Notes: generated from the letters alone by a model not told the origin. Shown: positions 46,479 to 57,793, counted from the first letter of the stretch. The stretch is 64,000 nt of DNA from an uncultured Gammaproteobacteria bacterium (GCA_964402565.1 CAYOCJ010000002.1:391340-455339); one strand, 5' to 3'. Translations and numbers: made by a program.

Positions 46479-48587
46479 TTGAATATGCCCAGGCAGTATC
46501 CGCTGGAAAAGACACGTAATATAGGAATTATCGCTCACATCGACGCAGGAAAGACCACGGTCTCCGAGCGTATTCTTTTTTATACCGGTAAAAAGCACAA
46601 AATTGGCGAAGTGCATGAAGGCCAGGCTGAAATGGACTGGATGGAACAGGAAAAGGAGCGGGGTATTACCATTACCTCGGCTGCAACGACCTGTTTCTGG
46701 AAAGCGCCGGATTGGCTTGGTGGCGATACCTGCCGCATCAATATTATCGATACGCCTGGTCACGTTGACTTCACAGCTGAAGTAGAGCGAAGCCTCCGTG
46801 TATTGGATGGCGGCGTGACTGTTTTCGACGGTGTTGCCGGTGTAGAACCGCAATCAGAAACAGTATGGCGCCAGGCTGACAAGTATCATGTCCCTCGTAT
46901 TTGTTTTATCAACAAGATGGATCGCATGGGAGCTGATTTTTACGCGGACTTGAATAGTATTCATGATCGTTTGACGAAACGCGCATACCCGATCCAATTG
47001 CCGATCGGCGCCGCTGAAACATTCAAGGGAATCATCGACCTCTTCACACGCAAGGCTATTGTATTTAAAGATGATGAAGGCAAGGTTTTCGAGGAGCAGG
47101 ATGTTCCGGATGATATGAAGGAGTTGGTAGAGAAGTATCGCAGCGAGCTTGTTGAAGCTATTGCGACGCATGACGATGCCTTGATGAACCAGTATCTGGA
47201 AGGCAAGGATATCGCTGATGTTGAATTGAAGAAGGTACTTCGTAAAGCGGTTATCACGAATGAACTGATCCCAGTTATGTGCGGATCAGCTTTGAAAAAT
47301 AAAGGCGTCCAGCAATTGCTCGATGCGGTGACCGCATATTTGCCCTCGCCATTGGACCTTCCTGAAGTGAAAGGCTCTGAAGTAGGTGATAAGTCCGTTG
47401 AAATGACCCGCAAAGCATCTGATAATGAACCTTTTTCAGGTCTTGCATTCAAAGTCGCTACTGACCCATACGTCGGTCGTTTGACCTTCGTGCGCATTTA
47501 TTCCGGCAAACTGGAAGCTGGTTCCTATGTCTACAATACGACTAAGGATAAGAAAGAGCGCATTGGCCGTTTGCTTTTGATGCATGCCAATCACCGGGAA
47601 GATATCAAAGAAGCCTATGCAGGCGATATCGTCGCGGTCGTAGGACTGAAAGAAACGTTTACCGGTCACACGCTTGCTGATGAAGAACATCCTATCACAC
47701 TGGAAAATATCGTATTCCCGGATCCGGTCATTCGTGTTGCTATTGAACCGAAGACCAAACAAGACCAGGAGAAGATGGGTCTGGCATTATCGAAACTTGC
47801 TGAGGAAGATCCGACATTCCGCGTTACGACCGACGATGAAACATTGCAGACCATCATCGCAGGCATGGGTGAATTACACCTGGAGATCATTGTCGACCGC
47901 ATGAAGCGCGAATTCAAGGTTGAAGCGAATGTCGGCGCTCCGCAGGTCGCCTATAAGGAAACGGTCATGGCAGAAGCGTTCGCTGAAGGAAAATATATCA
48001 AACAGTCAGGCGGACGCGGACAGTATGGACATTGTTGGATCAAGGTCAGGCCGCAAGAACGAGGTAAAGGTTTTGAATTCATTGACAATATTAAAGGCGG
48101 TGCTATACCAAAGGAGTATATTAATCCGATCGAAAAGGGTATCAGAGAAGCAATGACGAGCGGTCCTTTGGCAGGTTTCCCGGTCATCGACCTGCAGGCT
48201 GAGGTTTATGACGGTTCATTCCATGAAGTCGACTCTTCTGAAGCGGCTTTCAAGATCGCAGGATCTATGGCATTCCGCGAAGCGTTTAAGCGAGCAAAGC
48301 CTGTTCTTTTGGAGCCGATCATGAAGGTTGAAGTAACTACACCTGAGAAATATATGGGCGATGTCGTTGGTGACATCAATTCAAAGCGCGGACAAGTGAA
48401 CGATATGACAGATCGCATGGGTATTAAAGTTGTGCATGCTCTGGTGCCGCTTTCTGAGCTATTCGGTTATGCTACGTCCCTTCGCGGCATGACGCAGGGC
48501 CGGGCTAGCTATTCTATGGAACTTTCGCATTATCAGAATGTACCTGGTAATGTTGCTGAAGAGATCATCTCAGGTAAAAAGAAGTAA
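46479..48587 (+). CDS. fusA: Elongation factor G
   Basis: G-domain ([21 protein letters not shown]) and 702 aa length. Confidence 0.95.
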   Translation: MNMPRQYPLEKTRNIGIIAHIDAGKTTVSERILFYTGKKHKIGEVHEGQAEMDWMEQEKERGITITSAATTCFWKAPDWLGGDTCRINIIDTPGHVDFTAEVERSLRVLDGGVTVFDGVAGVEPQSETVWRQADKYHVPRICFINKMDRMGADFYADLNSIHDRLTKRAYPIQLPIGAAETFKGIIDLFTRKAIVFKDDEGKVFEEQDVPDDMKELVEKYRSELVEAIATHDDALMNQYLEGKDIADVELKKVLRKAVITNELIPVMCGSALKNKGVQQLLDAVTAYLPSPLDLPEVKGSEVGDKSVEMTRKASDNEPFSGLAFKVATDPYVGRLTFVRIYSGKLEAGSYVYNTTKDKKERIGRLLLMHANHREDIKEAYAGDIVAVVGLKETFTGHTLADEEHPITLENIVFPDPVIRVAIEPKTKQDQEKMGLALSKLAEEDPTFRVTTDDETLQTIIAGMGELHLEIIVDRMKREFKVEANVGAPQVAYKETVMAEAFAEGKYIKQSGGRGQYGHCWIKVRPQERGKGFEFIDNIKGGAIPKEYINPIEKGIREAMTSGPLAGFPVIDLQAEVYDGSFHEVDSSEAAFKIAGSMAFREAFKRAKPVLLEPIMKVEVTTPEKYMGDVVGDINSKRGQVNDMTDRMGIKVVHALVPLSELFGYATSLRGMTQGRASYSMELSHYQNVPGNVAEEIISGKKK

Positions 48588-48598
48588 CCTCAAAACCT

Positions 48599-49009
48599 AT
48601 GGCGTTCGCCGCACAGATCGAGGAGGTCTTGAAGCTAATTGCTGAGACTGGCGATCGGTGCATCGTCGTGTCTGAAGGCCACGAGCCTTTTGTTTTGATG
48701 GACTTAGGCCAGTATCGAACGCTACTGAAAAGCGCCGCAGGCAAGGAAAAACTCGCAAATCTGACCGAAACTGAGCTTTTGGAGAAGATCAACCAGGATA
48801 TTGCAGATTGGCGCGAATCGCGAACTGAAGACCTGGCCGAATATGAATTATCACAATTTCAGGTCAACCCCCAGGAATCAGCTCTCAAGGCACGGATGCA
48901 GCAGGTTGATCGGGCAGCTACCAAAAGAGCCATGGCCCGTCCGGGGATGAACTTACCTGTCGTGGACGATCACCATATGGAGGAGTATAGACTTGAACCT
49001 CCTGTTTAA
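48599..49009 (+). CDS. Hypothetical protein with Phd/YefM-antitoxin-like N-terminal segment
   Basis: IEEVLKLIAETGDRCIVVSEGHEPFVLMDLGQYRTLL resembles the Phd/YefM fold pattern; no toxin partner present. Confidence 0.4.
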   Translation: MAFAAQIEEVLKLIAETGDRCIVVSEGHEPFVLMDLGQYRTLLKSAAGKEKLANLTETELLEKINQDIADWRESRTEDLAEYELSQFQVNPQESALKARMQQVDRAATKRAMARPGMNLPVVDDHHMEEYRLEPPV

Positions 49010-49020
49010 AGGATTTTAAT

Positions 49021-49048
49021 AAAAATGGCTAGTAATAGCCATTTTTTA
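49021..49048 (+). terminator. Intrinsic terminator after the fusA operon
   Basis: aatggcta-gtaa-tagccatt hairpin followed by ttttt. Confidence 0.5.
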
Positions 49049-49087
49049 TCAACAATCAGTTCACATCCTTAGGGTCTTGCCAAAAAA

Positions 49088-49116
49088 ACTAACTGTTGCT
49101 ATAATCGTTATGTTTT
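49088..49116 (+). promoter_or_regulatory. Near-consensus sigma70 promoter for tuf
   Basis: TTGCCA - 17 nt - TATAAT, about 130 nt upstream of the tuf ATG. Confidence 0.5.
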
Positions 49117-49247
49117 ATTTTTAGGGAATTCCCTGAAATAAAAGCTCGATAACGTTTTTAACCAAATTTAATTACTAATTTTCAGCGCTAACTGGATTAC
49201 AAAGTCCGCTAGTCAGGCGGGTGTTGCGCAACTGAGGAGAGAATACT

Positions 49248-50435
49248 ATGGCAGAAATGTTCGATCGTTCCAAGCCGCACATCAACATCGGCACCATTGG
49301 CCACGTTGACCACGGCAAGACGACCTTGACCGCAGCTATTCTGAAAGTCATGAAAGCTGCAGGAAATAAGGCGCAGGAAAAAAACGTCGACCAGATTGAC
49401 GCCGCTCCAGAAGAGCGTGAGCGCGGTATTACTATCGCGACAGCTCACGTTGAGTATGAGACGAAGAATCGTCACTATGCTCACGTTGACTGCCCAGGTC
49501 ACGCTGACTATGTGAAGAACATGATCACCGGAGCAGCGCAGATGGACGGCGCCATTTTAGTCGTTTCAGCAACAGACGGTCCTATGCCGCAGACTCGTGA
49601 GCACATTTTGCTTGCGCGCCAAGTCGGTGTGCCGTATATCGTTGTGTTTTTGAACAAAGTTGATCAGGTTTCAGATCCAGAGCTCGTTGACCTCGTTGAA
49701 GAGGAAATCCGGGATTTGCTGAAGAAATATGAATTCCCGGGAGACACTACACCGATCATCCGCGGTTCAGCTTTGAAGGCTCTCGAGAACCCAAGCGGGG
49801 ATGATGCAAAGCCGATTTTGGACCTCATGGCGAAAGTCGATGAGTATATTCCAGAGCCGAAGCGCGATACGGATCATGCATTCCTTATGCCTATCGAAGA
49901 TATCTTTTCGATCGAAGGTCGCGGTACTGTCGTGACCGGCCGTATCGAACGCGGTATCGTGAAATTGAACGACGAAGTTGAGATCGTAGGCTTGCGCGAC
50001 ACGCAGAAGACCATTGTCACTGGTATTGAAATGTTCAACAAGCAATTGGCTGAAGGACGTGCCGGAGACAATGCTGGTATTTTGCTTCGCGGTACCAAGA
50101 AGGATGAAGTAGAGCGCGGACAGGTCTTGGCAAAGCCAGGTTCTATCAATCCGCACACTGAGTTCGTCGCTGAGGTCTATATCTTGTCGAAAGACGAAGG
50201 TGGCCGTCACACTCCATTCTTCAAAGGGTACAAGCCGCAATTCTATATTCGAACAACTGACGTTACTGGCGATGTGATGCTTCCAGAAGGTTCAGAAATG
50301 GTCATGCCGGGAGACACCGTTACCTTGACCATTAAGCTGATCGCACCAGTTGCTCTTGAAGAGAAGTCGAAGTTCGCTATCCGTGAGGGTGGTCGTACGG
50401 TCGGCGCAGGAGTTGTATCGAAGATTATTAAGTAA
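49248..50435 (+). CDS. tuf: Elongation factor Tu
   Basis: [22 protein letters not shown]; 395 aa. Confidence 0.96.
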   Translation: MAEMFDRSKPHINIGTIGHVDHGKTTLTAAILKVMKAAGNKAQEKNVDQIDAAPEERERGITIATAHVEYETKNRHYAHVDCPGHADYVKNMITGAAQMDGAILVVSATDGPMPQTREHILLARQVGVPYIVVFLNKVDQVSDPELVDLVEEEIRDLLKKYEFPGDTTPIIRGSALKALENPSGDDAKPILDLMAKVDEYIPEPKRDTDHAFLMPIEDIFSIEGRGTVVTGRIERGIVKLNDEVEIVGLRDTQKTIVTGIEMFNKQLAEGRAGDNAGILLRGTKKDEVERGQVLAKPGSINPHTEFVAEVYILSKDEGGRHTPFFKGYKPQFYIRTTDVTGDVMLPEGSEMVMPGDTVTLTIKLIAPVALEEKSKFAIREGGRTVGAGVVSKIIK

Positions 50436-50444
50436 GCATTTGAT

Positions 50445-50470
50445 CCGCCCCCGACGAAAGTCGGGGGCGG
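50445..50470 (+). terminator. GC-rich stem-loop after tuf (attenuator/partial terminator)
   Basis: ccgcccccgac-gaaa-gtcgggggcgg; weak T-tract. Confidence 0.4.
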
Positions 50471-50501
50471 TACCCGTTCTTCAAAACATCATCACAACCA
50501 C

Positions 50502-50867
50502 ATGCCTGAGAAAGCAGATAAAAAAGCAGAGAAGAGATCGGCAGCCTCTGAAAATCCGGAGTCGCAGTCTCGCATTCGGATCAAGATCAAGGCTTATGAT
50601 CATAAGATCATTGACCAGTCGGTAAAGACGATCATTGATACTGCATTGCGAAGCGGCGCGAAGGTTGTTGGCCCGGTTCCGTTACCGACTGAAAAGACCA
50701 AGTATACCGTATTGCGATCGACATTCGTGCACAAAAATTCACGCGACCAATTCGAGATGCGCGTGCACAAGCGATTGATCGACATCATGGAGCCAACGCC
50801 AAAGACCATCGATTCCCTGACCAGTTTGAATCTGCCGGCAGGTGTGGATGTAGAAATAAAAATGTAA
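50502..50867 (+). CDS. rpsJ: 30S ribosomal protein S10 (N-terminally extended)
   Basis: [17 protein letters not shown]...RVHKRLIDI; about 19-aa N-terminal extension. Confidence 0.9.
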   Translation: MPEKADKKAEKRSAASENPESQSRIRIKIKAYDHKIIDQSVKTIIDTALRSGAKVVGPVPLPTEKTKYTVLRSTFVHKNSRDQFEMRVHKRLIDIMEPTPKTIDSLTSLNLPAGVDVEIKM

Positions 50868-51152
50868 CAAAAAGTTTATTGAGGCATTGCATTTCCCTTG
50901 TACTCTAACCGTCCTGAGCGAAGTCGAATGGACGAAGTGGATACCAGGAAATCGATAGCCGGGAGAAAGTCATAGCAAGCTACAACCAGCATTTCATTCG
51001 TTAGTATCTAACGCAAGAAAAGTAGGTAGAGATAGGCGCATAGCGCCATAGTAGAAGCCGTGATTTTGTCCTGATCCGCCCAAGGCGGATAAGTACAAAA
51101 CAACGGTTTTTTCAATCAGATCCGCCTGGGGCGGAAAAATAATCAAGCCAAC

Positions 51153-51926
51153 ATGAAAGTTATCTTGGGAACAAAACGTGAAATGACCCAGAAATGGTCT
51201 TCGTCCGGCGTGGTGCCGGTGACGGCTATTCTTGCTGGTCCGTGCACGATCACGCAGGTTAAGGGTGAGAAGGATGGCTATCATGCGGTGCAGGTCGGTT
51301 TTACCCAGACCAAGAAGAAGATCTCAAAACCGCTGGCAGGCCATTTGAAGGATCTGGCTCATTTCAAAACACTGCGTGAATTCCGCATGGAGACTGATGC
51401 AAAGCGCGGACAGGTGGCAACGGTCTCGGCATTCAAAGTCGGTGATACAGTGCAGGTGATCGGTATTGCCAAAGGCAAAGGTTTTCAGGGTGTTGTGAAA
51501 CGCCATCATTTCGGCGGTAGTCCGAAAACTCACGGACATAAAGATCAGCACAGAATGCCTGGGAGCATCGGCGCAACTGAACCAAAGCATGTGTTCAAAG
51601 GAACCCGCATGGCAGGACGCATGGGAGGCCAGCAGGTTACCGTGAAAAATTTGGAAATTATCGAGATCGACGAGAAAAATAATTTGTTATACGTCAAAGG
51701 CGCAGTCCCGGGGGCACGAAACGGCTTACTTGCGATTTCAGGCGAAGGAGATATGACGTTCGTGGACGCAGTCATCGCAGAGACCAAGCCTGTCGAGGTT
51801 GTCGAAGAAAAGACAGCCGACATGCCAGAAGCATCAGCTATGCCGGAAGCGCAGGCTTCAGCAGAAACAGCTGCTGAACCAGCTGCAGAAGCTACACAAG
51901 AAGAAAGTACTACTGAATCAAAATAA
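51153..51926 (+). CDS. rplC: 50S ribosomal protein L3 (C-terminally extended)
   Basis: L3 core (KGKGFQGVVKRHHF) plus a roughly 60-aa Ala/Glu-rich C-terminal tail. Confidence 0.92.
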   Translation: MKVILGTKREMTQKWSSSGVVPVTAILAGPCTITQVKGEKDGYHAVQVGFTQTKKKISKPLAGHLKDLAHFKTLREFRMETDAKRGQVATVSAFKVGDTVQVIGIAKGKGFQGVVKRHHFGGSPKTHGHKDQHRMPGSIGATEPKHVFKGTRMAGRMGGQQVTVKNLEIIEIDEKNNLLYVKGAVPGARNGLLAISGEGDMTFVDAVIAETKPVEVVEEKTADMPEASAMPEAQASAETAAEPAAEATQEESTTESK

Positions 51927-51928
51927 GT

Positions 51929-52567
51929 ATGGCAACGTTGAAAGTACCAGTATTGACACCAGACGGTAAAGAAAGCGGCTCGCTCGAGCTGTCGTCTGCC
52001 GTATTCGGCGTGCCGTTCAATAATCCGCTGGTGCACCAGGTGGTTACCGGACTGATGTCGCAGAAGCGCCAGGTATTGGCGCATACCAAAGGACGCGGGG
52101 ATGTACGCGGCGGAGGCAAGAAGCCATGGAAGCAAAAGGGAACTGGCCGCGCACGTCATGGTTCCAGCAGATCGCCAATCTGGGTTGGCGGCGGTGTCAC
52201 TTTCGGACCGACCAAGGATCGTAATTTTTCTCAGAAGGTCAACAAGCAGATGAAGCAGCAAGCGTTGCGCATGGTTCTTTCAGATAAAGTTGCGAACCAG
52301 CATCTGATCGTTCTACAAGAATGGACCGTTGCAGAGCCGAAGACAAAAGCATTGGCTGCGCTATTAAAGAACTTGCCATCGGCATCAAAGAAATCGCTGG
52401 TTGTCACGGTCGCAAAAGATAAGAATGTCATCCAGGCATCGAAGAATATGCCGAAAGTCATGAGTATTGGTGCTGCAAATTTGAATGTGCTGGATGTTTT
52501 GAAATATGAGTACCTGGTAGCTTCGAAAGAAGCGGTTTCAATAATTCAGGATCGCTACGCAAAGTAA
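51929..52567 (+). CDS. rplD: 50S ribosomal protein L4
   Basis: Position and conserved L4 sequence. Confidence 0.9.
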   Translation: MATLKVPVLTPDGKESGSLELSSAVFGVPFNNPLVHQVVTGLMSQKRQVLAHTKGRGDVRGGGKKPWKQKGTGRARHGSSRSPIWVGGGVTFGPTKDRNFSQKVNKQMKQQALRMVLSDKVANQHLIVLQEWTVAEPKTKALAALLKNLPSASKKSLVVTVAKDKNVIQASKNMPKVMSIGAANLNVLDVLKYEYLVASKEAVSIIQDRYAK

Positions 52568-52571
52568 TACT

Positions 52572-53024
52572 ATGAGTTTCCTCGATAGATTCAAAAAACA
52601 GGAAGAGAAGAAGAACGCTGGCACGCAGCGAAAGGTTCAGCCTGCACAGAAAACCGTGCGCGAAGAGCGTGAAGCAGCCGAAGTTGTCAAAACCCAGAAA
52701 AAGGGGGCTGTTGCTGCAACCGTTTCGGCAACAGGCGGCATGTACGCTCATTCGGTACTCCTGAAGCCTATTGTTTCCGAGAAGACAGCGCATTTGCATG
52801 CATTCAATCAGTATGTTTTTAAAGTAGCTCCGAATGCAAATAAAGTAAGCGTAAAGAAAGCGATCAAGGAAACCTATAACGCTGATCCATTGGAAGTCCG
52901 CATTGTGAAAGTTCAGGGTAAAGTCGTGATGCGCGGCAGAGAAAAAGGATACCGAAATTCTTATAAAAAAGCATTTATCCGCATGCCGAAGGGCGTGACC
53001 TTGCCGATTTACGAAGGCGTATAA
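52572..53024 (+). CDS. rplW: 50S ribosomal protein L23 (N-terminally extended)
   Basis: L23 core at the C-terminus; roughly 50-aa Lys/Glu-rich N-terminal extension. Confidence 0.88.
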   Translation: MSFLDRFKKQEEKKNAGTQRKVQPAQKTVREEREAAEVVKTQKKGAVAATVSATGGMYAHSVLLKPIVSEKTAHLHAFNQYVFKVAPNANKVSVKKAIKETYNADPLEVRIVKVQGKVVMRGREKGYRNSYKKAFIRMPKGVTLPIYEGV

Positions 53025-53026
53025 CT

Positions 53027-53869
53027 ATGGCACTGAAATTATACAGACCAACAACCTCAGGAATTCGGCACGCGAGCGTGATCCGCGATGAGTCTTTGTC
53101 AAAAAAAGCATCGCATAAGCGCCTCCGCACTATCAAGAAGCGCAAAGGCGGCCGCAATGCGCAGGGTAAGATCACCGTCCGCCATCAGGGCGGCGGAGCG
53201 AAGCGGTTCATTCGTTTCGTTGATTTCAAGCGCGACAAATTTGATATTCCGGGAACAGTTATCTCGCTCGAATACGATCCAAACCGCAACGCTCGCATCG
53301 CCTTGTTGTCCTATGCTGATGGCGAGAAGCGTTACATTATCGCACCGCAGGGTTTGGCGAACGGCACTATTCTGATGTCTTCGCAGAAACAGGCTGAGAT
53401 CAAGGTTGGCAATCAGATGAAATTAAAGTTCATCCCGACCGGTTTGGAAGTACATAATATCGAGTTGACCGTGGGTAAGGGTGGCCAGATCTGCCGATCG
53501 GCAGGGAATTATGCCATTCTTAGCTCCATCGATAATGGCAGAGCGCTTTTGAAGATGCCTTCCGGCGAAATTCGAACCGTATCAGAGGAATGTTCAGCGA
53601 CGATCGGCATGGTTTCAAACCCGGAATTCAGAAATATCCGTTGGGGCAAAGCTGGCCGCATGCGTCATCGCGGTATTCGCCCGTCAGTTCGAGGTAAGGT
53701 TATGAACCCAGTGGATCACCCGCATGGCGGCGGAGAAGGAAAGCATCCGATCGGTTTGAAGCATCCGAAGACGTATACTGGTAAGAATGCATTTGGCGTG
53801 AAGACACGTAAACCAAAGAAGTATTCGAATAATTTAATCATTAAGCGCCGAAAGGGCAGAGCGGAATAA
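53027..53869 (+). CDS. rplB: 50S ribosomal protein L2
   Basis: PHGGGEGK motif. Confidence 0.95.
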   Translation: MALKLYRPTTSGIRHASVIRDESLSKKASHKRLRTIKKRKGGRNAQGKITVRHQGGGAKRFIRFVDFKRDKFDIPGTVISLEYDPNRNARIALLSYADGEKRYIIAPQGLANGTILMSSQKQAEIKVGNQMKLKFIPTGLEVHNIELTVGKGGQICRSAGNYAILSSIDNGRALLKMPSGEIRTVSEECSATIGMVSNPEFRNIRWGKAGRMRHRGIRPSVRGKVMNPVDHPHGGGEGKHPIGLKHPKTYTGKNAFGVKTRKPKKYSNNLIIKRRKGRAE

Positions 53870-53873
53870 TCGT

Positions 53874-54200
53874 ATGGCACGAAGCTTGAAAAAAGGACCA
53901 TTTGTCGATGAGCGCTTGATGAAAAAAGTTGCTAATACCAAGCCGGATAGCAAAACGGTCATCAAGACATGGGCGCGTAATTGCACCATTGTTCCTCAGA
54001 TGGTCGGGTTTACTTTCGGCGTGCATAATGGCCGTACGCACGTGAATGTCTACGTCGTTGAGAATATGGTAGGCCATAAGCTTGGAGAATTTTCACCGAC
54101 CCGCAAGTTCGTCGTACATGGCGGCAAGATAGCTAAAGCACAAGCACAAGACAAAGCACCGGCTACACCAGCAACGCCGGCAGCAGGAGAAAAGAAATAA
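53874..54200 (+). CDS. rpsS: 30S ribosomal protein S19 (C-terminally extended)
   Basis: [15 protein letters not shown] start; PAT-rich tail. Confidence 0.93.
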   Translation: MARSLKKGPFVDERLMKKVANTKPDSKTVIKTWARNCTIVPQMVGFTFGVHNGRTHVNVYVVENMVGHKLGEFSPTRKFVVHGGKIAKAQAQDKAPATPATPAAGEKK

Positions 54201-54203
54201 TAT

Positions 54204-54704
54204 ATGATCGAAGTACGAGCACAGCTGAAACATTTACGCATGTCACCGAAGAAGGTGCGCTTGGTTACTGATGCCATCAAAGGCATGGACGCCCAGCAGG
54301 CTTTAGTTCGATTGCGATTCATTCCGAAGGCAGCAGCGCCTATCGTTGAAAAACTTCTCAAATCTGCCATCGCCAATGCGCACAATAACAATAATTTGAA
54401 AGTTGAAGATCTGATGGTCAAGAACGTGATGGTAAATCAGGGTCTGGCGCTGAAGCGCATCCGGCCGGCAGCGTTCGGATCAGCCCATGGCTACAAGAAA
54501 CATGCATCCCACATTAACTTGGTTCTTGGCCTAAAGCCGGGAGCGAAGTCCAATGAGAAGTCGACTGAAAAGAAAAAGAAAGAAGCGCCAGCTCAAAAAG
54601 AGGCTGCAGCATCTGAATCTGCATCAAAGAAGGCAGTTAAAAAAACGCCGAGCGATATGAAGAAACCGGCATCGAAGACTAAGAAAGAGCCAGCATCAAA
54701 GTAA
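54204..54704 (+). CDS. rplV: 50S ribosomal protein L22 (Lys-rich C-terminal extension)
   Basis: L22 core plus a roughly 55-aa K/A/E-rich tail. Confidence 0.9.
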   Translation: MIEVRAQLKHLRMSPKKVRLVTDAIKGMDAQQALVRLRFIPKAAAPIVEKLLKSAIANAHNNNNLKVEDLMVKNVMVNQGLALKRIRPAAFGSAHGYKKHASHINLVLGLKPGAKSNEKSTEKKKKEAPAQKEAAASESASKKAVKKTPSDMKKPASKTKKEPASK

Positions 54705-54708
54705 TACT

Positions 54709-55422
54709 ATGGGACAAAAGGTAAATCCAAAGGTAATGCGATTGGGAATGAGCGAACAGTGGCGTTCGCGCTGGTACGGTGATGCCGACTATGCACAGAT
54801 GCTCCGCCAGGATGTGACATTGCGCCGTTTCCTCGCGAAAAAACTTGCTGAAGCAGGTATTGATAAGATCGATATCGAGCGTTTCCGCGGAGAGGTCGTG
54901 GTAACGATCGTGACTGCTAAGCCTGGTATTATCATCGGACGCGGCGGCACCGGTATTGAGGATCTGAAAAAAGAGATCGTAAAGAAATACTTATCGCCAA
55001 AAACGACACTGAAGCTCAATATCCAGGAAGTTGAAAATCCGAATTTGTCATCAGGCGTCGTATTGCAGGCCTGCATCGCTGATATCGAGAAGCGTATACC
55101 GTTCCGCAGGGTCATGAAGGTTAATATTGATAAGGTCCTGAAAGCTGGAGCAGAAGGGGTGAAGATCATGATGTCAGGACGCTTGAACGGCGCAGATATT
55201 GCCCGCCGCGAGACCTTAACACAAGGAAAGATCCCTCTGCACACATTGCGTGCCAATATCAATTATTCACGCGGCACCGCACTGACTACGTATGGCATGA
55301 TCGGCATCAAGGTTTGGATTTATAAAGGACTCTATTTTGCAAAGACTGCAGAGAAGAAGCAGACAGAGCAAGCGCCAGTACGGCGCGCCCCAGCCCGCCG
55401 GCCGATGGAGGCAAAGAAATAA
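54709..55422 (+). CDS. rpsC: 30S ribosomal protein S3
   Basis: KH domain and S3 C-terminal domain; position in operon. Confidence 0.94.
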   Translation: MGQKVNPKVMRLGMSEQWRSRWYGDADYAQMLRQDVTLRRFLAKKLAEAGIDKIDIERFRGEVVVTIVTAKPGIIIGRGGTGIEDLKKEIVKKYLSPKTTLKLNIQEVENPNLSSGVVLQACIADIEKRIPFRRVMKVNIDKVLKAGAEGVKIMMSGRLNGADIARRETLTQGKIPLHTLRANINYSRGTALTTYGMIGIKVWIYKGLYFAKTAEKKQTEQAPVRRAPARRPMEAKK

Positions 55423-55431
55423 CGCAAGACT

Positions 55432-55842
55432 ATGTTAGCACCGAAGAAAGTAAAATTTAGGAAGTCACAGCGCTCTGATCAGATCAAGGGAACTGCTTCG
55501 CGCATGACCAATGTCGCGTTTGGGCAGTATGGCCTGAAAGCATTGGAAGCATCGTGGATCACCAGCCGCCAGATAGAGGCAGCTCGACGCACCATGACGC
55601 ATTTCATTGCCCGCGGCGGACGCGTGTGGATCCGCATTTTCCCCGATAAGTCGATCACAACAAAAGGAAATGAAATGCCAATGGGCAAGGGAAAGGGAGC
55701 AGTTGACCATTATGTGGCTGTGGTAAAGCCGGGTACCGTTCTCTTTGAAATGAGCGGCGTCGATGAGAAGACCGCGCGGCATGCTATGAATCTGGCAGCA
55801 TATAAATTACCGATCAAGACCACCTTTGTATTAAAACATTAA
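55432..55842 (+). CDS. rplP: 50S ribosomal protein L16
   Basis: [11 protein letters not shown] start. Confidence 0.94.
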   Translation: MLAPKKVKFRKSQRSDQIKGTASRMTNVAFGQYGLKALEASWITSRQIEAARRTMTHFIARGGRVWIRIFPDKSITTKGNEMPMGKGKGAVDHYVAVVKPGTVLFEMSGVDEKTARHAMNLAAYKLPIKTTFVLKH

Positions 55843-55846
55843 GCGT

Positions 55847-56050
55847 ATGACGTTGAAAGAAATGAGAGAAATGGATATGAAGAAGCTACAGTCAGAGCTT
55901 TCTGCATTGCAGGGGAAAGCGCGTGATATGCGTTTTGGATTGGCAAACAGGCAGGTAAAGAATATTCGCGAGATACGGAGTTTGAAAAAGCAGATAGCCC
56001 AGATCATGACCGTAGCATCTGGACGTTCACATGAGAAACAAGCTAAGTAA
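55847..56050 (+). CDS. rpmC: 50S ribosomal protein L29
   Basis: Position and size between rplP and rpsQ. Confidence 0.85.
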   Translation: MTLKEMREMDMKKLQSELSALQGKARDMRFGLANRQVKNIREIRSLKKQIAQIMTVASGRSHEKQAK

Positions 56051-56055
56051 TATAC

Positions 56056-56325
56056 ATGAAAAAAGAGAACGTAAAAGTAAATAAGCGTCAGCTCGAGGGA
56101 GTGGTAGTAAGCACTAAAATGCAAAAGACCGCCGTTGTTCGTGTTGATCGCGTGAAAGTGCATCCAAAATATGCAAAGCGCTATGTCGTCAGCAAGAAAT
56201 ACAAAGCGCATGATGAAAAAGGCGTAGCAACCGATGGCGCGATCGTGGTTATCGAAGCATGCCGTCCGATTTCAAAAGATAAGCGTTTTCGCGTTATTCG
56301 CGTAGTGAAACAAGCAACCGCATAG
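56056..56325 (+). CDS. rpsQ: 30S ribosomal protein S17
   Basis: GVVVSTKMQKTAVVRVDR. Confidence 0.92.
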   Translation: MKKENVKVNKRQLEGVVVSTKMQKTAVVRVDRVKVHPKYAKRYVVSKKYKAHDEKGVATDGAIVVIEACRPISKDKRFRVIRVVKQATA

Positions 56326-56331
56326 AATTTT

Positions 56332-56703
56332 ATGATACAACATCGATCAATGTTACAAATAGCAGACAACTCGGGAGCAAAGCTCGCGCAATGCATCCGT
56401 GTTCTCGGAGGGTACAAGAAGCGCTACGCGCAGATCGGTGACGTTATTACCGTGGTCATTAAAATTGCGCAGCCGCACGCACAGGTCAAGAAGAGTCAGG
56501 TGCATCACGCAGTTGTCGTGCGACAACGCAAGGAAATGCGCAGAAAAGACGGTTCATATATTCGTTTCGACGAGAATGCCATCGTATTGATCGATAAAGA
56601 AAATAAAGAGCCGAAAGGCACCCGTATTTTCGGACCGATCGCACGTGAGTTGCGGGCTAAAGGCTTTACCAAAATTCTTTCATTAGCACCAGAAGTCGTC
56701 TAA
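56332..56703 (+). CDS. rplN: 50S ribosomal protein L14
   Basis: [17 protein letters not shown]. Confidence 0.95.
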   Translation: MIQHRSMLQIADNSGAKLAQCIRVLGGYKKRYAQIGDVITVVIKIAQPHAQVKKSQVHHAVVVRQRKEMRRKDGSYIRFDENAIVLIDKENKEPKGTRIFGPIARELRAKGFTKILSLAPEVV

Positions 56704-56707
56704 TCGT

Positions 56708-57022
56708 ATGAAAACGTATATCGCATTACAAGATACCGTGAAAGTACTGACCGGCAAGTATAAGAACAAGACCGGCAAGGTCACTCAGATTTTGCGCAAA
56801 GAGCATTCTGTCGTCGTCGAAGGCCTGAACAAGATGTACAAGAATATGCGGCCGCAGAAAAGCGGCGATAAAGGCCAGCGTATCGAGTTCTTTGCACCGA
56901 TCGGTCTTTCGAAAGTCATGCTCGTCTGTCCAAAATGCAGCAAGCCGACTCGTATCACCATCAAGCGAGATGGAGCGAAGCGCATGCGCGTTTGCAAGAA
57001 ATGTAAAGAAGTAATGGAATAG
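56708..57022 (+). CDS. rplX: 50S ribosomal protein L24
   Basis: KOW motif region (VKVLTGKYKNKTGKV). Confidence 0.9.
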   Translation: MKTYIALQDTVKVLTGKYKNKTGKVTQILRKEHSVVVEGLNKMYKNMRPQKSGDKGQRIEFFAPIGLSKVMLVCPKCSKPTRITIKRDGAKRMRVCKKCKEVME

Positions 57023-57023
57023 T

Positions 57024-57575
57024 ATGAATAGAATGCATCAAAAGTACCAGAAAGAAATCGTACCGCTGTTGAAGAAAGAGCTTGGTATTTCGAATACGCT
57101 CGCGGTGCCTCGCATTACGAAGATTGTCTTGAACGTGGGGCTTTCAAAGTCATTGCAGGATAAGAAGTTCGTCGATATTGCAGCAATGACATTGACCAGG
57201 ATCACTGGGCAGAAGCCTGTCCTGACGAAAGCGAAAAAGTCCATTTCGAACTTCAAGATCCGCGAAGGCATGATCGTTGGCGCTATGGTTACCTTGCGTG
57301 GAAATAGAATGTATGATTTCCTCGATAAGCTCGTGAACGTTTCATTCCCGCGCATTCGAGACTTTCATGGCATTGACCCAAAGAAAGGCTTTGATGAACA
57401 CGGCAACTTCGCGCTTGGGTTCAAAGAACACTTGGTCTTCCCAGAAATCCCTGCTGATGACATCGAGCATATACATGGATTAGAGCTTGCGATCTCGACA
57501 ACGGCAAAGAATCGCGAAGAAGCATTCATGCTACTGACCGCATTTGGCTTCCCTTTTAAGAAAACAACGAAATAA
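57024..57575 (+). CDS. rplE: 50S ribosomal protein L5
   Basis: Conserved L5 sequence and operon position. Confidence 0.93.
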   Translation: MNRMHQKYQKEIVPLLKKELGISNTLAVPRITKIVLNVGLSKSLQDKKFVDIAAMTLTRITGQKPVLTKAKKSISNFKIREGMIVGAMVTLRGNRMYDFLDKLVNVSFPRIRDFHGIDPKKGFDEHGNFALGFKEHLVFPEIPADDIEHIHGLELAISTTAKNREEAFMLLTAFGFPFKKTTK

Positions 57576-57577
57576 GT

Positions 57578-57772
57578 ATGGCAACGACAGCACAAACAGT
57601 TAAATCAGAGCGTTCTCTGACCAAGCCGAAATTCTCGACTCGGGTGGTACGGCGTTGCTGGCGCTGCGGACGGAAGCGCGCATTTATGCGCAAGTTCCAG
57701 ATGTGCCGCATTTGTTTCCGCGAACTGGCAAATAAGGGAGAAGTGCCAGGAGTTAAGAAAGCAAGTTGGTAG
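57578..57772 (+). CDS. rpsN: 30S ribosomal protein S14, zinc-binding type
   Basis: Short 64-aa form with [20 protein letters not shown]. Confidence 0.92.
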   Translation: MATTAQTVKSERSLTKPKFSTRVVRRCWRCGRKRAFMRKFQMCRICFRELANKGEVPGVKKASW

Positions 57773-57793
57773 TTATAAGAATTTGAAAAGAAT

